Shown: piece after piece, positions 11,581 to 22,714 of the stretch
Layout of the letters: the number at the start of each line of letters is the position of its first letter
Numbering within the stretch: the first letter of the stretch is position 1
From: a bacterium
GTDB lineage: Bacteria; Zhuqueibacterota; Zhuqueibacteria; Residuimicrobiales; Krinioviventaceae
Assembly (NCBI GenBank): GCA_963674595.2
Contig: CAXXFV010000027.1
Location: 32,001 to 96,000 of the forward strand
DNA length: 64,000 bases
Reading direction: 5' to 3'
Translations under genes and position numbers: made by a program
The notes under the pieces: generated by a model
Database searches by the model: none
The model's input: only the letters and a program-made list of their open reading frames with translations
Told to the model about the DNA's origin: nothing

Positions 11581-12600
11581 TTGTTTGAAAAGTTTAAAAT
11601 ATCAGTTATTGGTGCAGGAAGCTGGGGAATGGCATTGGCGAATCATGCCGCCGGTCTGGGACATGATATCGTTTTATGGGAATTCAACCCTGATGATGCT
11701 TTAAAATTATCGTCTACACGTAAACGAGAAAGCGTTTTAAAAAATGTCATTCTCAACGAACATATACATGTTACTTCAAATCTGGATAAAGCTGTTAAAG
11801 ACGCACATATCATACTTTTGGTTATACCGTCACATGTTTTTCGAAATGTTGTAAAACAAATCGCCCAATGCGACATATTACCGGAATCATTTATCGTAAG
11901 TTGTACTAAAGGTATAGAAAATGATTCTTTGATGAGTATGTCGGAAATTATTTTTCAGGAAATGCCGGGTATTGATCCTGACCATGTCCTTGTATTATCG
12001 GGCCCAAGTCATGCCGAAGAAGTCAGCAGAGGTGTACCGACAGCGGTTGTGGTTGCATCCAAACACGAACACATGGCCACAACCATTCAAAAAGCTTTAA
12101 GTAATGTTTCATTTAGAATTTACAGAAGTAATGATATTATTGGTGTTGAGTTAGGCGGATCGCTTAAAAATGTTATTGCCATAGCCGCCGGTATTTGTGA
12201 CGGTGCCGGTTTTGGTGATAACACCAAAGCCGCTTTACAACCTCGCGGTCTTGCCGAAATTATACGTTTGGGAAGAAAGCTTGGTGCGGCACCAATTACT
12301 TTTTCAGGATTGTCAGGTATGGGTGATTTGATAGTTACCTGTATGAGCATGCACAGTCGAAATCGATACGTTGGCGAACAAATTGGCAAAGGAAACACCC
12401 TGGAATCGGTTTTAGCCAACATGACCATGGTTGCCGAAGGAATTCGTACCTGTAAATCAACCTATGATCTTGCTCAAAAATACAATGTTGAAATGCCGAT
12501 TTGTTCAGAAGTTTATGGAATTCTTTTTGAAAACAAGGAACCCATACACGCTATGACAGACCTGATGAATCGGGACGTAAAACCTGAAATATGGTATTAA
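11581..12600 (+). CDS. gpsA: NAD(P)H-dependent glycerol-3-phosphate dehydrogenase
   Basis: GAGSWG, SGPSHAEEV, LKNVIAIAAG, GDLIVTC, SRNR; probable TTG start 11581. Confidence 0.96.
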   Translation: MFEKFKISVIGAGSWGMALANHAAGLGHDIVLWEFNPDDALKLSSTRKRESVLKNVILNEHIHVTSNLDKAVKDAHIILLVIPSHVFRNVVKQIAQCDILPESFIVSCTKGIENDSLMSMSEIIFQEMPGIDPDHVLVLSGPSHAEEVSRGVPTAVVVASKHEHMATTIQKALSNVSFRIYRSNDIIGVELGGSLKNVIAIAAGICDGAGFGDNTKAALQPRGLAEIIRLGRKLGAAPITFSGLSGMGDLIVTCMSMHSRNRYVGEQIGKGNTLESVLANMTMVAEGIRTCKSTYDLAQKYNVEMPICSEVYGILFENKEPIHAMTDLMNRDVKPEIWY

Positions 12601-12643
12601 ATAATGTTTTTTTCTCTTTGAAATTTTAACTCGGGAGAACAAG

Positions 12644-13480
12644 ATGTTTAAAAATATTATGCTCGCTGTGGATGGTTCACAACATACGGATTCGGTTATC
12701 AAAACCGGAATTGCAATGGCTAAAGCTTTTCATAGCAAGATTCATGTTATCTCCGTTGCCGATATTCGCATATTTGAATGGGCAACAGCCGTAGGTGCCG
12801 ATGGATTTGTGCCCATTGTTCCATCCGGTATTTATCAGGAAGAATCAAAAAAACTTTTGGTTGAAAAGTGTGATAAAGTTTTACAAAAATGTGCAGAAAT
12901 GCTGCAACATGAAAATATTGATTTTATAACCGAAAAGATAATCGGGTCACCGGTCGATTCCATTACCGAAAAGGCACAATTAACGGATTTGCTTATTCTA
13001 GGCAAGCACGGAGAATTTGCCAGATGGGATAAAAAATCATTAGGCGCAACCGTTGAAGCTGTAACAAGAAATATTCGAAAACCTGTCATTGTTGTTCAAC
13101 AAAAAATGCAGCCTGTAAAAAAAATTCTTGTCTGTTATGATGGCAGTTCTCATGCCAACCAGATGCTTCAATATGCAGGACATCTGGCTGAAACGTTGAT
13201 GGCTGTTATTGATATTTTGTGTGTTACAAATAATAAACAACTGGGTGAACATACCTGTACGGAAGCAAAGGTCTACCTGGATAATTATAAGATAAAATGC
13301 AATACCCATGTTATTCCCGGAAATACTGAAAAAGAAATTTTAAAATTTGCTAATGAAAATGATTCCGACATAATAACCCTTGGTTCCTATGGAAAATCCC
13401 GAATACGCGAAGCATTGCTTGGTAGTACAACAGAACATATTTTACGCTTTTCACCATGTCAAGTTTTATTAGGAAAATAA
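12644..13480 (+). CDS. Tandem-domain universal stress protein
   Basis: Two USP domains: AVDGS...LGATVEAV and CYDGS...[10 protein letters not shown]. Confidence 0.9.
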   Translation: MFKNIMLAVDGSQHTDSVIKTGIAMAKAFHSKIHVISVADIRIFEWATAVGADGFVPIVPSGIYQEESKKLLVEKCDKVLQKCAEMLQHENIDFITEKIIGSPVDSITEKAQLTDLLILGKHGEFARWDKKSLGATVEAVTRNIRKPVIVVQQKMQPVKKILVCYDGSSHANQMLQYAGHLAETLMAVIDILCVTNNKQLGEHTCTEAKVYLDNYKIKCNTHVIPGNTEKEILKFANENDSDIITLGSYGKSRIREALLGSTTEHILRFSPCQVLLGK

Positions 13481-13502
13481 ATTCAATAGAAAGGTAAATG
13501 TA

Positions 13503-14798
13503 ATGGCTACAAAATGTTATATTGAATCGGCTGCTGAATATATGGATCAGGAAGTTCAGATATCCGGGTGGCTATATAATAAAACCCATAAAGGAAAATT
13601 AAATTTTTTAATGGTGCGGGACGGAACGAGCACAATTCAGGCTGTTATTTTTAAAAAAGCAGTTTCGGAAGAGGTTTGGGATGCTTGTTTAAACCTGCCC
13701 CAGGAGAGCTCTCTTGAAATTATCGGAACTGTTTCCAAAGATGAACGTGCAAAAGGCGGCTGCGAAATTCAGGTTTCGGATGTTAACGTTATACAGACTG
13801 CTGAAGAATACCCGATTACGCCGAAAGAACATGGCACTGATTTCCTTATGGACCATCGTCATTTGTGGCTGCGTTCATCAAAACAACATGCTATTATGCG
13901 CGTCCGTCATGAAATTATCAAAGCCTGCCGTGATTTTTTTGACAGTAATGGCTTTACATTAATTGACGCACCTATTTTTACTCCTGCCGCATGTGAAGGA
14001 ACAACCAACCTTTTTGAAACAGAATATTTTGACAGAAAAGCATATCTCACCCAAAGCGGACAGCTTTATATGGAAGCCGGAGCAATGGCTTTTGGCAAAG
14101 TTTACTGTTTTGGCCCCACTTTCCGTGCAGAAAAATCCAAAACACGAAGACATTTAACCGAATTTTGGATGATTGAACCGGAAATTGCCTATTGTGATTT
14201 AAACGGTGTTATGGATTATGCTGAGGCATTTATTGAATTTATTGTTCAACGCGTATTGGAAAACAAAAAAGATGAGCTGGAAATTTTAGAACGTGATATT
14301 TCCAAACTCGAAAGTGTTGTCCGGCCTTTTCCGCGTATTGATTATGATGAAGCCGCTAAAATACTTAAAGATGCGAATGCCGAGTTTACCTATGGTGATG
14401 ATTTCGGCGGCACCGATGAAACTATTATTGCCAATGCATTTGACAGACCTGTTATGGTTACGCATTATCCGGCGGCTGTAAAAGCTTTTTATATGAAAAA
14501 AGATAAAGACAGACCGGACCGTGCCCTTGGTGTTGATGTGCTGGCCCCTGAAGGTTTTGGAGAAATTATCGGAGGTGGTCAACGTGAAGATAACCTTGAT
14601 ATTCTCCTGGAAGGTATTAGAACCCACAATCTGCCGGAAGAAGCATTTAAATGGTATACAGACTTGAGAAGATATGGCAGTGTGCCTCACGGTGGTTTCG
14701 GATTGGGTATTGAACGTACGGTTGCATGGATTTGCGGGCGTAGTCATATTCGCGAGACGATTCCGTTCCCGCGTACACTATACAGGTTGTATCCATAA
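13503..14798 (+). CDS. asnS: Asparagine--tRNA ligase
   Basis: [48 protein letters not shown]. Confidence 0.97.
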   Translation: MATKCYIESAAEYMDQEVQISGWLYNKTHKGKLNFLMVRDGTSTIQAVIFKKAVSEEVWDACLNLPQESSLEIIGTVSKDERAKGGCEIQVSDVNVIQTAEEYPITPKEHGTDFLMDHRHLWLRSSKQHAIMRVRHEIIKACRDFFDSNGFTLIDAPIFTPAACEGTTNLFETEYFDRKAYLTQSGQLYMEAGAMAFGKVYCFGPTFRAEKSKTRRHLTEFWMIEPEIAYCDLNGVMDYAEAFIEFIVQRVLENKKDELEILERDISKLESVVRPFPRIDYDEAAKILKDANAEFTYGDDFGGTDETIIANAFDRPVMVTHYPAAVKAFYMKKDKDRPDRALGVDVLAPEGFGEIIGGGQREDNLDILLEGIRTHNLPEEAFKWYTDLRRYGSVPHGGFGLGIERTVAWICGRSHIRETIPFPRTLYRLYP

Positions 14799-14819
14799 TT
14801 TTAATAAACTGTATTTAAT

Positions 14820-15095
14820 ATGACAGTATGTGCTAAAATTACAGTTAAAGGTGTTGTGCAGGGTGTCGGGTTCCGATATTTTGCACAACAAAACGCCGTA
14901 AAATTTCAATTAAAGGGATATGTGAAAAATCTTTTCAACGGAGACGTTGAAACTGAAGTTGAAGGGGACAAGGGAAATATTATGGGATATTATAACACCC
15001 TTAAAATCGGGTCACGATTTTCACATGTTACTGCAATTGATATTCAATGGTACGAATATACGGCAAAATATAATTCATTCAAGGTCGTCTGTTAA
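14820..15095 (+). CDS. acyP: Acylphosphatase
   Basis: GVVQGVGFR, GYVKN...GDVE. Confidence 0.93.
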   Translation: MTVCAKITVKGVVQGVGFRYFAQQNAVKFQLKGYVKNLFNGDVETEVEGDKGNIMGYYNTLKIGSRFSHVTAIDIQWYEYTAKYNSFKVVC

Positions 15096-15109
15096 TAAAC
15101 GAGGTATTT

Positions 15110-15631
15110 ATGAATTTGGCAGAAACAATCAGAAATGTTCCAGATTTTCCGAAAAAAGGTATCGGATTTAAAGATATAACAACCCTTCTTGGTAATGGAG
15201 AGGCACTTTGCGAATCCATAAGACAGATGAAAAAACTTTTTGAAAATGAACATATTGATGCAGTTGTGGGGATCGAGTCAAGGGGATTTATTTTTGCTTC
15301 CATTCTGGCGCATGAGTGGCGGATTGCAATGGTCCCTGTTCGTAAACCAGGCAAATTACCGGCTGAAACAATCAGTGAATCTTATGATTTGGAATATGGA
15401 ACAGATACCATTGAAATTCACAAGGACGCTGTACAAAAGGGGCAAAAAGTACTGATTGTTGACGATTTACTGGCGACAGGCGGTACTGTGGTTGCGACAA
15501 CAAAACTCTTGCAAAGACTTGGTGCTGAAATTGTTGGCTGTTGTTTTGTAATAGAGCTTGAATTTTTAAATCCCAGAGAAAAATTAAGCCAGTTTCGCGT
15601 AGAGTCTTTGGTTAAATATCAAAGCGAATAA
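15110..15631 (+). CDS. apt: Adenine phosphoribosyltransferase
   Basis: PDFPKKGIGFKDIT, RKPGKLP, YDLEYG, VDDLLATGGT. Confidence 0.97.
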   Translation: MNLAETIRNVPDFPKKGIGFKDITTLLGNGEALCESIRQMKKLFENEHIDAVVGIESRGFIFASILAHEWRIAMVPVRKPGKLPAETISESYDLEYGTDTIEIHKDAVQKGQKVLIVDDLLATGGTVVATTKLLQRLGAEIVGCCFVIELEFLNPREKLSQFRVESLVKYQSE

Positions 15632-15652
15632 TTTTTTACACCGAGTGTAATA

Positions 15653-15681
15653 TTGACTTTGTCACTCTTTTTTTATAAACT
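15653..15681 (+). promoter_or_regulatory. sigma70-type promoter for buk-ptb
   Basis: TTGACT-N17-TAAACT. Confidence 0.5.
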
Positions 15682-15727
15682 AATAACAAGATAAATGCGT
15701 AATACACTCCATTTACAGGGAAAATGG

Positions 15728-16816
15728 ATGTTTAAAATATTCGTAATTAATCCAGGTTCAACCTCAACCAAAGTCGCATATTTTGAAAATGTAACTGAAA
15801 AATATGCTGAAACATTACATCATTCTGTAGATGACCTAACCAGATTTCCGACCGTATTAAGTCAACTGGATTTTCGATTGCAAACTATTCTAACAATATC
15901 GGATAACAATGGTTTTTCATTGCCTGAAATGGACGTCTTTGTAGGGCGTGGGGGACTTTTGAAACCGATTCCAGGAGGTACATATCTTGTTGATGAAAAT
16001 ATGGTGCAAGACCTTACAATTGGTGTGCAGGGCGAACATGCATCCAATCTGGGGGGATTATTGGCAAACGATTTAGCAAAAAAATATCACAAGCCTGCTT
16101 TTATTGTTGATCCGGTCGTTGTTGATGAACTTGATGATATTGCCCGTTATTCCGGCCATCCTCTTTTACCGCGTAAAAGCATTTTTCACGCATTAAACCA
16201 CAAAGCTGTCGGGCGGAAAGTAGCTGAAAAACTGGGAAACCGTTACGACCAAATGAACCTTATTATTGTTCATTTAGGCGGAGGAATATCCGTAGCAGCA
16301 CATCATTATGGAAAAGTTATTGATGTCAATAATGCCCTGGACGGCGAAGGACCATTTACCCCGGAAAGAAGCGGTACCTTGCCTGCCGGAGATCTTTGCC
16401 GCTTGTGTTTTTCCGGCAAGTATGATAAAAAAACTGTCGGAAAAATGATTAAAGGAAACGGCGGTATTGTTTCCTATTTAGGTACAAACGATATGCGCGT
16501 TATTCAAAAAAGAATTAACGAAAAGGATTTGCAAGCTTTATTAATTTATCAGGCTATGGCATACCAGATTTCCAAAGATATATGTGCTATGTCGGCTGTT
16601 CTTAAAGGAAAGGTTGATGCAATTGCATTAACCGGAGGTATTGCAAACGACAATGACTTTGTCGAATGGATAAAAAACCGTGTTGATTTCCTGGCACCCG
16701 TTTATGTTTTTCCCGGTGAAAAAGAAATGGAAGCCCTTGCAATGGGTGCCTTAAGAATCCTTAATGGGGAAGAAACAGCAAAAAACTATTCAACAGAGGC
16801 ACACAAAAATGATTAA
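15728..16816 (+). CDS. buk: Butyrate kinase
   Basis: INPGSTSTK, GRGGLL, HASNLG, HALNHKA, GPFTPERSG; likely start ATG 15728. Confidence 0.95.
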   Translation: MFKIFVINPGSTSTKVAYFENVTEKYAETLHHSVDDLTRFPTVLSQLDFRLQTILTISDNNGFSLPEMDVFVGRGGLLKPIPGGTYLVDENMVQDLTIGVQGEHASNLGGLLANDLAKKYHKPAFIVDPVVVDELDDIARYSGHPLLPRKSIFHALNHKAVGRKVAEKLGNRYDQMNLIIVHLGGGISVAAHHYGKVIDVNNALDGEGPFTPERSGTLPAGDLCRLCFSGKYDKKTVGKMIKGNGGIVSYLGTNDMRVIQKRINEKDLQALLIYQAMAYQISKDICAMSAVLKGKVDAIALTGGIANDNDFVEWIKNRVDFLAPVYVFPGEKEMEALAMGALRILNGEETAKNYSTEAHKND

Positions 16817-17720
16817 AACCTTTAATGAACTTCTTGATGTTATCAAGTCCAAACCTAAAAAGACCATAGCAGTGGCTATGGCCGAAGAATACCATGTTTT
16901 ATCCGCATTATCCAATGCTTTTGATCATGGAATTGCTGATGCTGTACTGGTTGGAAATAAGAAAAAAATTTTAGAAATTAGTAAACAACACAATATAAAT
17001 ATTCAAAACTTTGATATTGTAAACACAACCAGCGAAGACCAGTCTGTTGTGCGTGCTGTACAGTTGGTCCGGGAACGGCTTGCAGATACATTAATGAAAG
17101 GTAAATGCTCTTCGGCAAATTTATTGCGTGGTGTTTTAAATAAACAAAAAGGTGTAAGAACCGACCAACTTCTTTCGCATGTTGCCGCATTTGAAATTGC
17201 AAATTACCCTAAATTATTGCTAATGTCCGATGGCGGAATGAACATTTTACCGGATCTGCAGCAAAAAGTTGGCATCATTAATAATGCTATTTTGGCTGCA
17301 AAACATTTGCAAATTGAAAACCCCAAGGTTGCTTTAATAGCTGCCATTGAAAAGGTAAATCACGGTCCTATGCCGTGTACATCCGATGCAGCAATTCTGT
17401 CTAAAATGGGCGACCGGGGACAAATACAGGGTGCTATTATTGACGGGCCATTAGCGCTGGATAATGCCATCAGTAAAAAAGCCTGTGAAGTAAAAGGAAT
17501 TAACAGTCCGATCAACGGAGAAGCGGATATTTTGATTATGCCGAATATTGAAACCGGTAATGTTTTTTACAAAGCAATTACTTATTTAGGATACGCAAAA
17601 AGTGCGGGAGTAATTTTAGGCGCCAAAGTTCCGATTATTTTAACTTCACGCGCTGATAGTGAAGAATCAAAATTTATGTCCATAGCTTTTGGAATGTTGA
17701 CAAGCGAACACCTGTCATAA
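16809..17720 (+). CDS. ptb: Phosphate butyryltransferase (PTA/PTB family)
   Basis: LMKG, DGPLALDNAIS, GNVFYKA, PIILTSRADS; adjacent to buk. Confidence 0.9.
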   Translation: MIKTFNELLDVIKSKPKKTIAVAMAEEYHVLSALSNAFDHGIADAVLVGNKKKILEISKQHNINIQNFDIVNTTSEDQSVVRAVQLVRERLADTLMKGKCSSANLLRGVLNKQKGVRTDQLLSHVAAFEIANYPKLLLMSDGGMNILPDLQQKVGIINNAILAAKHLQIENPKVALIAAIEKVNHGPMPCTSDAAILSKMGDRGQIQGAIIDGPLALDNAISKKACEVKGINSPINGEADILIMPNIETGNVFYKAITYLGYAKSAGVILGAKVPIILTSRADSEESKFMSIAFGMLTSEHLS

Positions 17721-17735
17721 TCATAAGTTAATGAT

Positions 17736-20678
17736 ATGAGGTACAAATTATTTATGAAATTAATTAAACTTTATTTAATTCTCTTTCTCTGTTTATTCCA
17801 TGAATTTGTTATTCCGATCTATGGACAAACAGTCACAGAAACGAAATCCTGGTCTGATGGTGATCCTGTTTTCAACTATGCTAATTATGAAAAGGACAAG
17901 TTTAATTTCATTATAAACGATTCACTCTACTTTGCACCAACAGACAGCATAACCAGCAATGATGATTCTTTACACATCATTTTGGATGGTATTAACTGGA
18001 CATGGCCGAGACAAAGTATAGACATCAGTTCGGTTGAAGATATTGATTCAAGAACTATTGGTACTCAGGACCTTTATTTGGTCACGGATGCCCTGGCGAG
18101 ACGTGTGTTTGAAATGAATCCAAATCCGGACGATGAAAATATTGTTTGGAACTTTGGAAGTCAAAATGTTTGGGATGTTAAATATCTTGAACGTCCTGTT
18201 GATGCTGATATTTTTACAGAAAATGGACTTGTTAAAGTACTGATTACTGATCAAGGACGACATCGTGTTATCAAAGTTGACCGTCAAACTCAAAATGTTG
18301 AATGGCAATACGGTGACCCAAACGGACTCGAAGGAATTGGAGATAACCAGTTGTCCAATCCGGCAGATGCCGTTAAAATTAAGGGAACAAATGAGTTTGT
18401 CATTGCAGACCGCGGTAACAACAGAGTTATTATCGTAGCAGAGGACACAAACCAACCTGTCTGGGAGATTGATTCCAACGAATTGAATTCACCGGTAGAT
18501 GTTGAATATATACACTCTAAAAATCAGATACTTGTAACGGATCGTGGCAACCATCGTGTTATTATTGTGGATCGTGATTCGAATAATGTCGTCTGGCAGT
18601 TTGGAGAAAAGGGTGTCGCAGGAAATGATTCTCTTCATTTATCAACCCCTATTGATGCCGACACGCTGGCCAATGGCAATATTCTAATAGCTGACAGAGG
18701 AAATAATCGAATTATTGAAGTCAATCAAGATAAAGAGATTGTCTGGCAGTTTGAGCGTTCTTTAAGCGGACTTAGAGACGTCGACCGGCTTGACGATAAC
18801 CGCCATTTAGCTGTTTATCTTGACGAAGATTTAAATGCTTTTTCACCAACACGCCTGGGTTTTCAAGATTCCAGTGTCGTTTCAAAAGTCTATGATTTAA
18901 ATAAAGAAGTCGTTTTTAACCGAATTTTTTGGGATGCGGATACACTCGCCGGTATAACCTCTCTTAAAATGCAAATTCATTCTGCCAATTCGCTGGGCGA
19001 ACTGGAAATTGCACCCTGGATGGACCGGACGGGTCAACGACATATTACCATAATTCAGGTGAAAAACTAAACAGTTATCACAATGGACATCGTTTTTACC
19101 AATTTAAAGTATTTTTATCAACAAATAATCCTTTATATACACCTGTTCTTAATAATGTTCAATTAGAATACCTTTACTTTAATACGACCAAAATTCACCA
19201 TTTTTATTCTCAAAAAATCACAAATACTCCGGGAAATATTATTTCACAATGGAAACAACTCGAATTTAATACAATTCTTCCGGAAGATCGTGAAAAAAGA
19301 GATAAAATAGAACTGGAAATACAAATAGTTGATGGCGAGTCACCTTATCAAGTATTAGCCCGTTATACAGCAAGTCGTACAATAGAGCAAAACTCATACG
19401 CGCTTGATTTGGAAAGTAAACTTGAGGGAGTACAAAGTGTTACTTTACATGGTTATGCTTCCACAATAAACAGTTCTGTGGCACCAATATTGGATTACTG
19501 GAAAATTACCTGGGAATCAGTTCCAATTTCCACGTCTGAAATACGTTTTGTAAATTCAAAAGGGGCAAATGTTAATTATTATCGTGCTACGGATATATTA
19601 CCAGCCGATGAATTAAAAGTCGACAGTTTGGATATTATCCTCCAGGATAATGATCAGGCGCCGTTTAATGCGGTTATTGAGCTGCAAGCAAAAGCGCTTG
19701 TAAGCGGTGATAGTGAAAAAGTCGTTTTAAACCTGCAAACCAACGGTATGTTCTATCAGGATAATAAAATCCCGTTGCTGATAAGCAATCAGTTTACTCC
19801 AAACAATCAAATTCTTGAAGTTTTGGATAGAGATACCCTGGTAGTAACCTATTATGATGACAACCATGAAGGTGAAAGCGCATCAGACACGGTCGTTATA
19901 ATTCAAAATACGCCTGGTGAATTATATATTGAAGATAAAGAAGGAACTGTTTTAGAGGATGCTAAACTGGGTAATATTCTTTATTTCAGAATTAAAAATG
20001 AGTTTGACCAGAACCTTGATCCGTTAAAACAGGAAAGTGTAAAAATTTCCTTATTTGATCGTGCTTACCGTTGACGAAGAAGAGATTGAACTCTTTGAGA
20101 TGGAAGGCCCAGAAAGCAATCAATGGGATACAGGTGAATTTATAAGTGTTGATGGTGTGCGTATTGAAAAAAGTAATAACGGCTTTAAAGACGATGGGGC
20201 CATTCAAACTCTGCCGGGGCATCGTGTAACGGCAGAATATGAAGATAATGTTATATTAACAAAATCCGTACTTTTGCCGGATTCGGGAAGCACATCTGAT
20301 ACCTATATTTATTTAGGCGGCGCGCCGGTTACTGTTGATGTTGCGCCAAATCCGTTTTATGCAAATGAATATGATAATTTCAGGTTACGTGTTGCTTCCG
20401 CAACAGGTACTCTATCGGTCAGAAAGCTTGAAGTTTTTAACCTGGCTGGAGAACTGGTCAGATCCATTGACAGATCTCAATTAAACTTTGACACTGGATT
20501 GGATGTACCCAAAGAACGCTATGGCATTGCCGAACATTGGTGGGATTTACGAAATAACAATGGCTCAATGGTTACCAGCGGAACATATTGGGTAAAAATC
20601 CATGCGGATCTGAACCACGCAGACACAAACAAGTTTGAAAGTGTTACATTTATAAGAAAGTTTGTCCTTGTTCGTTAG
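17736..20678 (+). CDS. Large secreted protein: NHL-like beta-propeller repeats, beta-rich domains and C-terminal FlgD/T9SS-type sorting domain (two apparent indels, near 19020 and 20060)
   Basis: Signal peptide; repeated I(A/T)DRGN(N/H)RVI...VWQ(F/Y)G; frame 2 from ~19022 (GPDGSTTYY...RFYQFKVFL...TPVL) continues into ORF 19409; C-terminus APNPF...VFNLAGELVR...WDLRNNNGSMVTSGTYW. Confidence 0.78.
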
Positions 20679-20710
20679 TTTTCTAATCAACTTACTTTAG
20701 TGGAGTAAGA

Positions 20711-22564
20711 ATGAATTACAATTTATTTATTAAATATAAATCTAGTTTAATCAAAACATTGATTTTACTTGCTTTTATTTTTCCGGCATTAAAATATACA
20801 GATGGAATGGCAGGAAACTCGGGCATTGGCTACAATGGCGCCTCCGTTTTTAAAAATAAGCCCGGCTGCACGTCAAGTGGCTATGGGAGAAGCGTTCACA
20901 GCGCTAGCAGATGATATTAATGTAATGCGATATAATATTGGTGCATTGAGTAATATTCAAAAAACGTCCCTGGCTATTAATTTTCATAACTGGATCGATG
21001 ACACAAAACAGGGATCTGTCGCTCTCGGTCTGCCATTATGGTATGGTACTCTTGGTGTAGAGTTGACCTATTTTGATGAAGGTGAAATTACGGAACTGGA
21101 TGAATACTTTCGGCTGACAGGTGGCAAAGGACATAGTAATGATATTTTATTTCATGCCGGATATGGATCACGCATTAAGGTATTGGACCGTATTATCAGT
21201 GTAGGAGCCGGATTTAAATTGATCAGAATGGATTTGGTTGGTCAACAGAGCACATCCTTTGCAATGGATGCCGGTGCTTATTATCAATTAAAAAATTTCT
21301 CATTCGGTGCTGTTTTCCAAAATTTGGGATATAAAAAAATAAAATTTCAAAATGAAAGCGCTTCTTTACCACAGTCGTTTAAAACAGGTGCTGCCGGCAG
21401 GTTTGCCATCGGTAAAACTCTTAATTTAAATCTGGCGTCTGATATAAAGTGGATTGCCCATGAAAAATTGCATTATGCGGTTGGTGGTGAGCTTGATATG
21501 AACCAATTATTATTTCTTCGTGCCGGATATCAATTTCAAGACACATCGCCGACACCATTATCAATGGGTTTTGGTATAAATATGCCCATGGCCTGGTTTG
21601 CAAATTCTCAAACACGGCTTGATTATGCCTATTCTCCCATTGATGATTTTGAAACTTCCATGCATCGCTTTTCTTTTAATTTTATTTTTGGCACCATTGA
21701 AGATAATCGATATGATGATATCAATGCTAAATTACAGGCACAACTTGAAGCTGCAAATAAAGCACGAATGGCCCTTGAAGATGCAGAAGAAAAAACAAAA
21801 CTGATGCAAAAAGAAATGGCCCGCAGGCTGGCAAATATTATGAAAATTGCCGCTGAAAGTGAAGGAAAAATTGAAGTTGAAGAAAAGGAAAACAAACGAA
21901 TTCTTGTCAGTATGAGAATTAACTTTGATTTTGACAAAGCTGCCGTCCGGCAGGATGATTATCTAACAATGAAACAAGTAGGGCGAAATTCTTAACACAT
22001 ATCCTGAGGCCAAAGTCCATGTGTCCGGCCATACGGATAACATCGGGACAGACCTTTATAACGTCAGACTTTCACATCGACGGGTTGACAGTGTTATGAC
22101 CTATCTGTCACGAAAAGAAAACGTTGCTTCAAATCGATTTTTTATGCCGATAGGCTTTGGCGAATCCAAACCTATTGCTGAAAACGCAACTGCGGAAGGG
22201 CGGTTTAGAAACAGAAGAGTTGAATTTTTGCTGTTCACCTTTGACTCAAAACCGGAAGTTCCAAGCGGTTCAGCCTTGAAAACAATCTATAAAGATTACC
22301 AGGGGCATATTGTTTTAGAATGTAATGGTATTGTTGAATATACTGATAAAATATTGTCTGACCCTGATAAACTAATCATTGATTTACCCGGCATTGTCCC
22401 GTTAACAGAAGTTAAAAATTATGATTTCAATTTCGGTGCATTTATTCGTGCCCCGTGTTGGTTATCATCCGGACGAAAATTTCACACGTGTTGTGCTGGA
22501 TTTAAGCCGAGCTATTACACCACAAATTACAACACTGGAAAATTTGATTCTTATAAAGGAATAG
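20711..22564 (+). CDS. PorV-like beta-barrel fused to coiled coil, OmpA-C and AMIN domains (indels near 20800, 21985, 22452)
   Basis: FLKISPAARQVAMGEA...LDYAYSP...HRFS (PorV-like); INFDFDKA...GHTDNIG...YNVRLSHRR...GFGESKP...RNRRVE (OmpA); DPDKLIIDLPG and shifted RVGYHPDENFTRVVLDL (AMIN), stop 22564. Confidence 0.75.
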
Positions 22565-22714
22565 TTTATTCTAATAAAATGGGGGTAATTCCTTTAATAC
22601 ATTACGTAAAATGAATCTCATGTTGATTTTGATATGATTTATCCTTAAGTTGGCCTTCCCTTATATATTTTAGTAATAACATATTTTAATTTTAAACGTG
22701 TATGAAATGATGTT

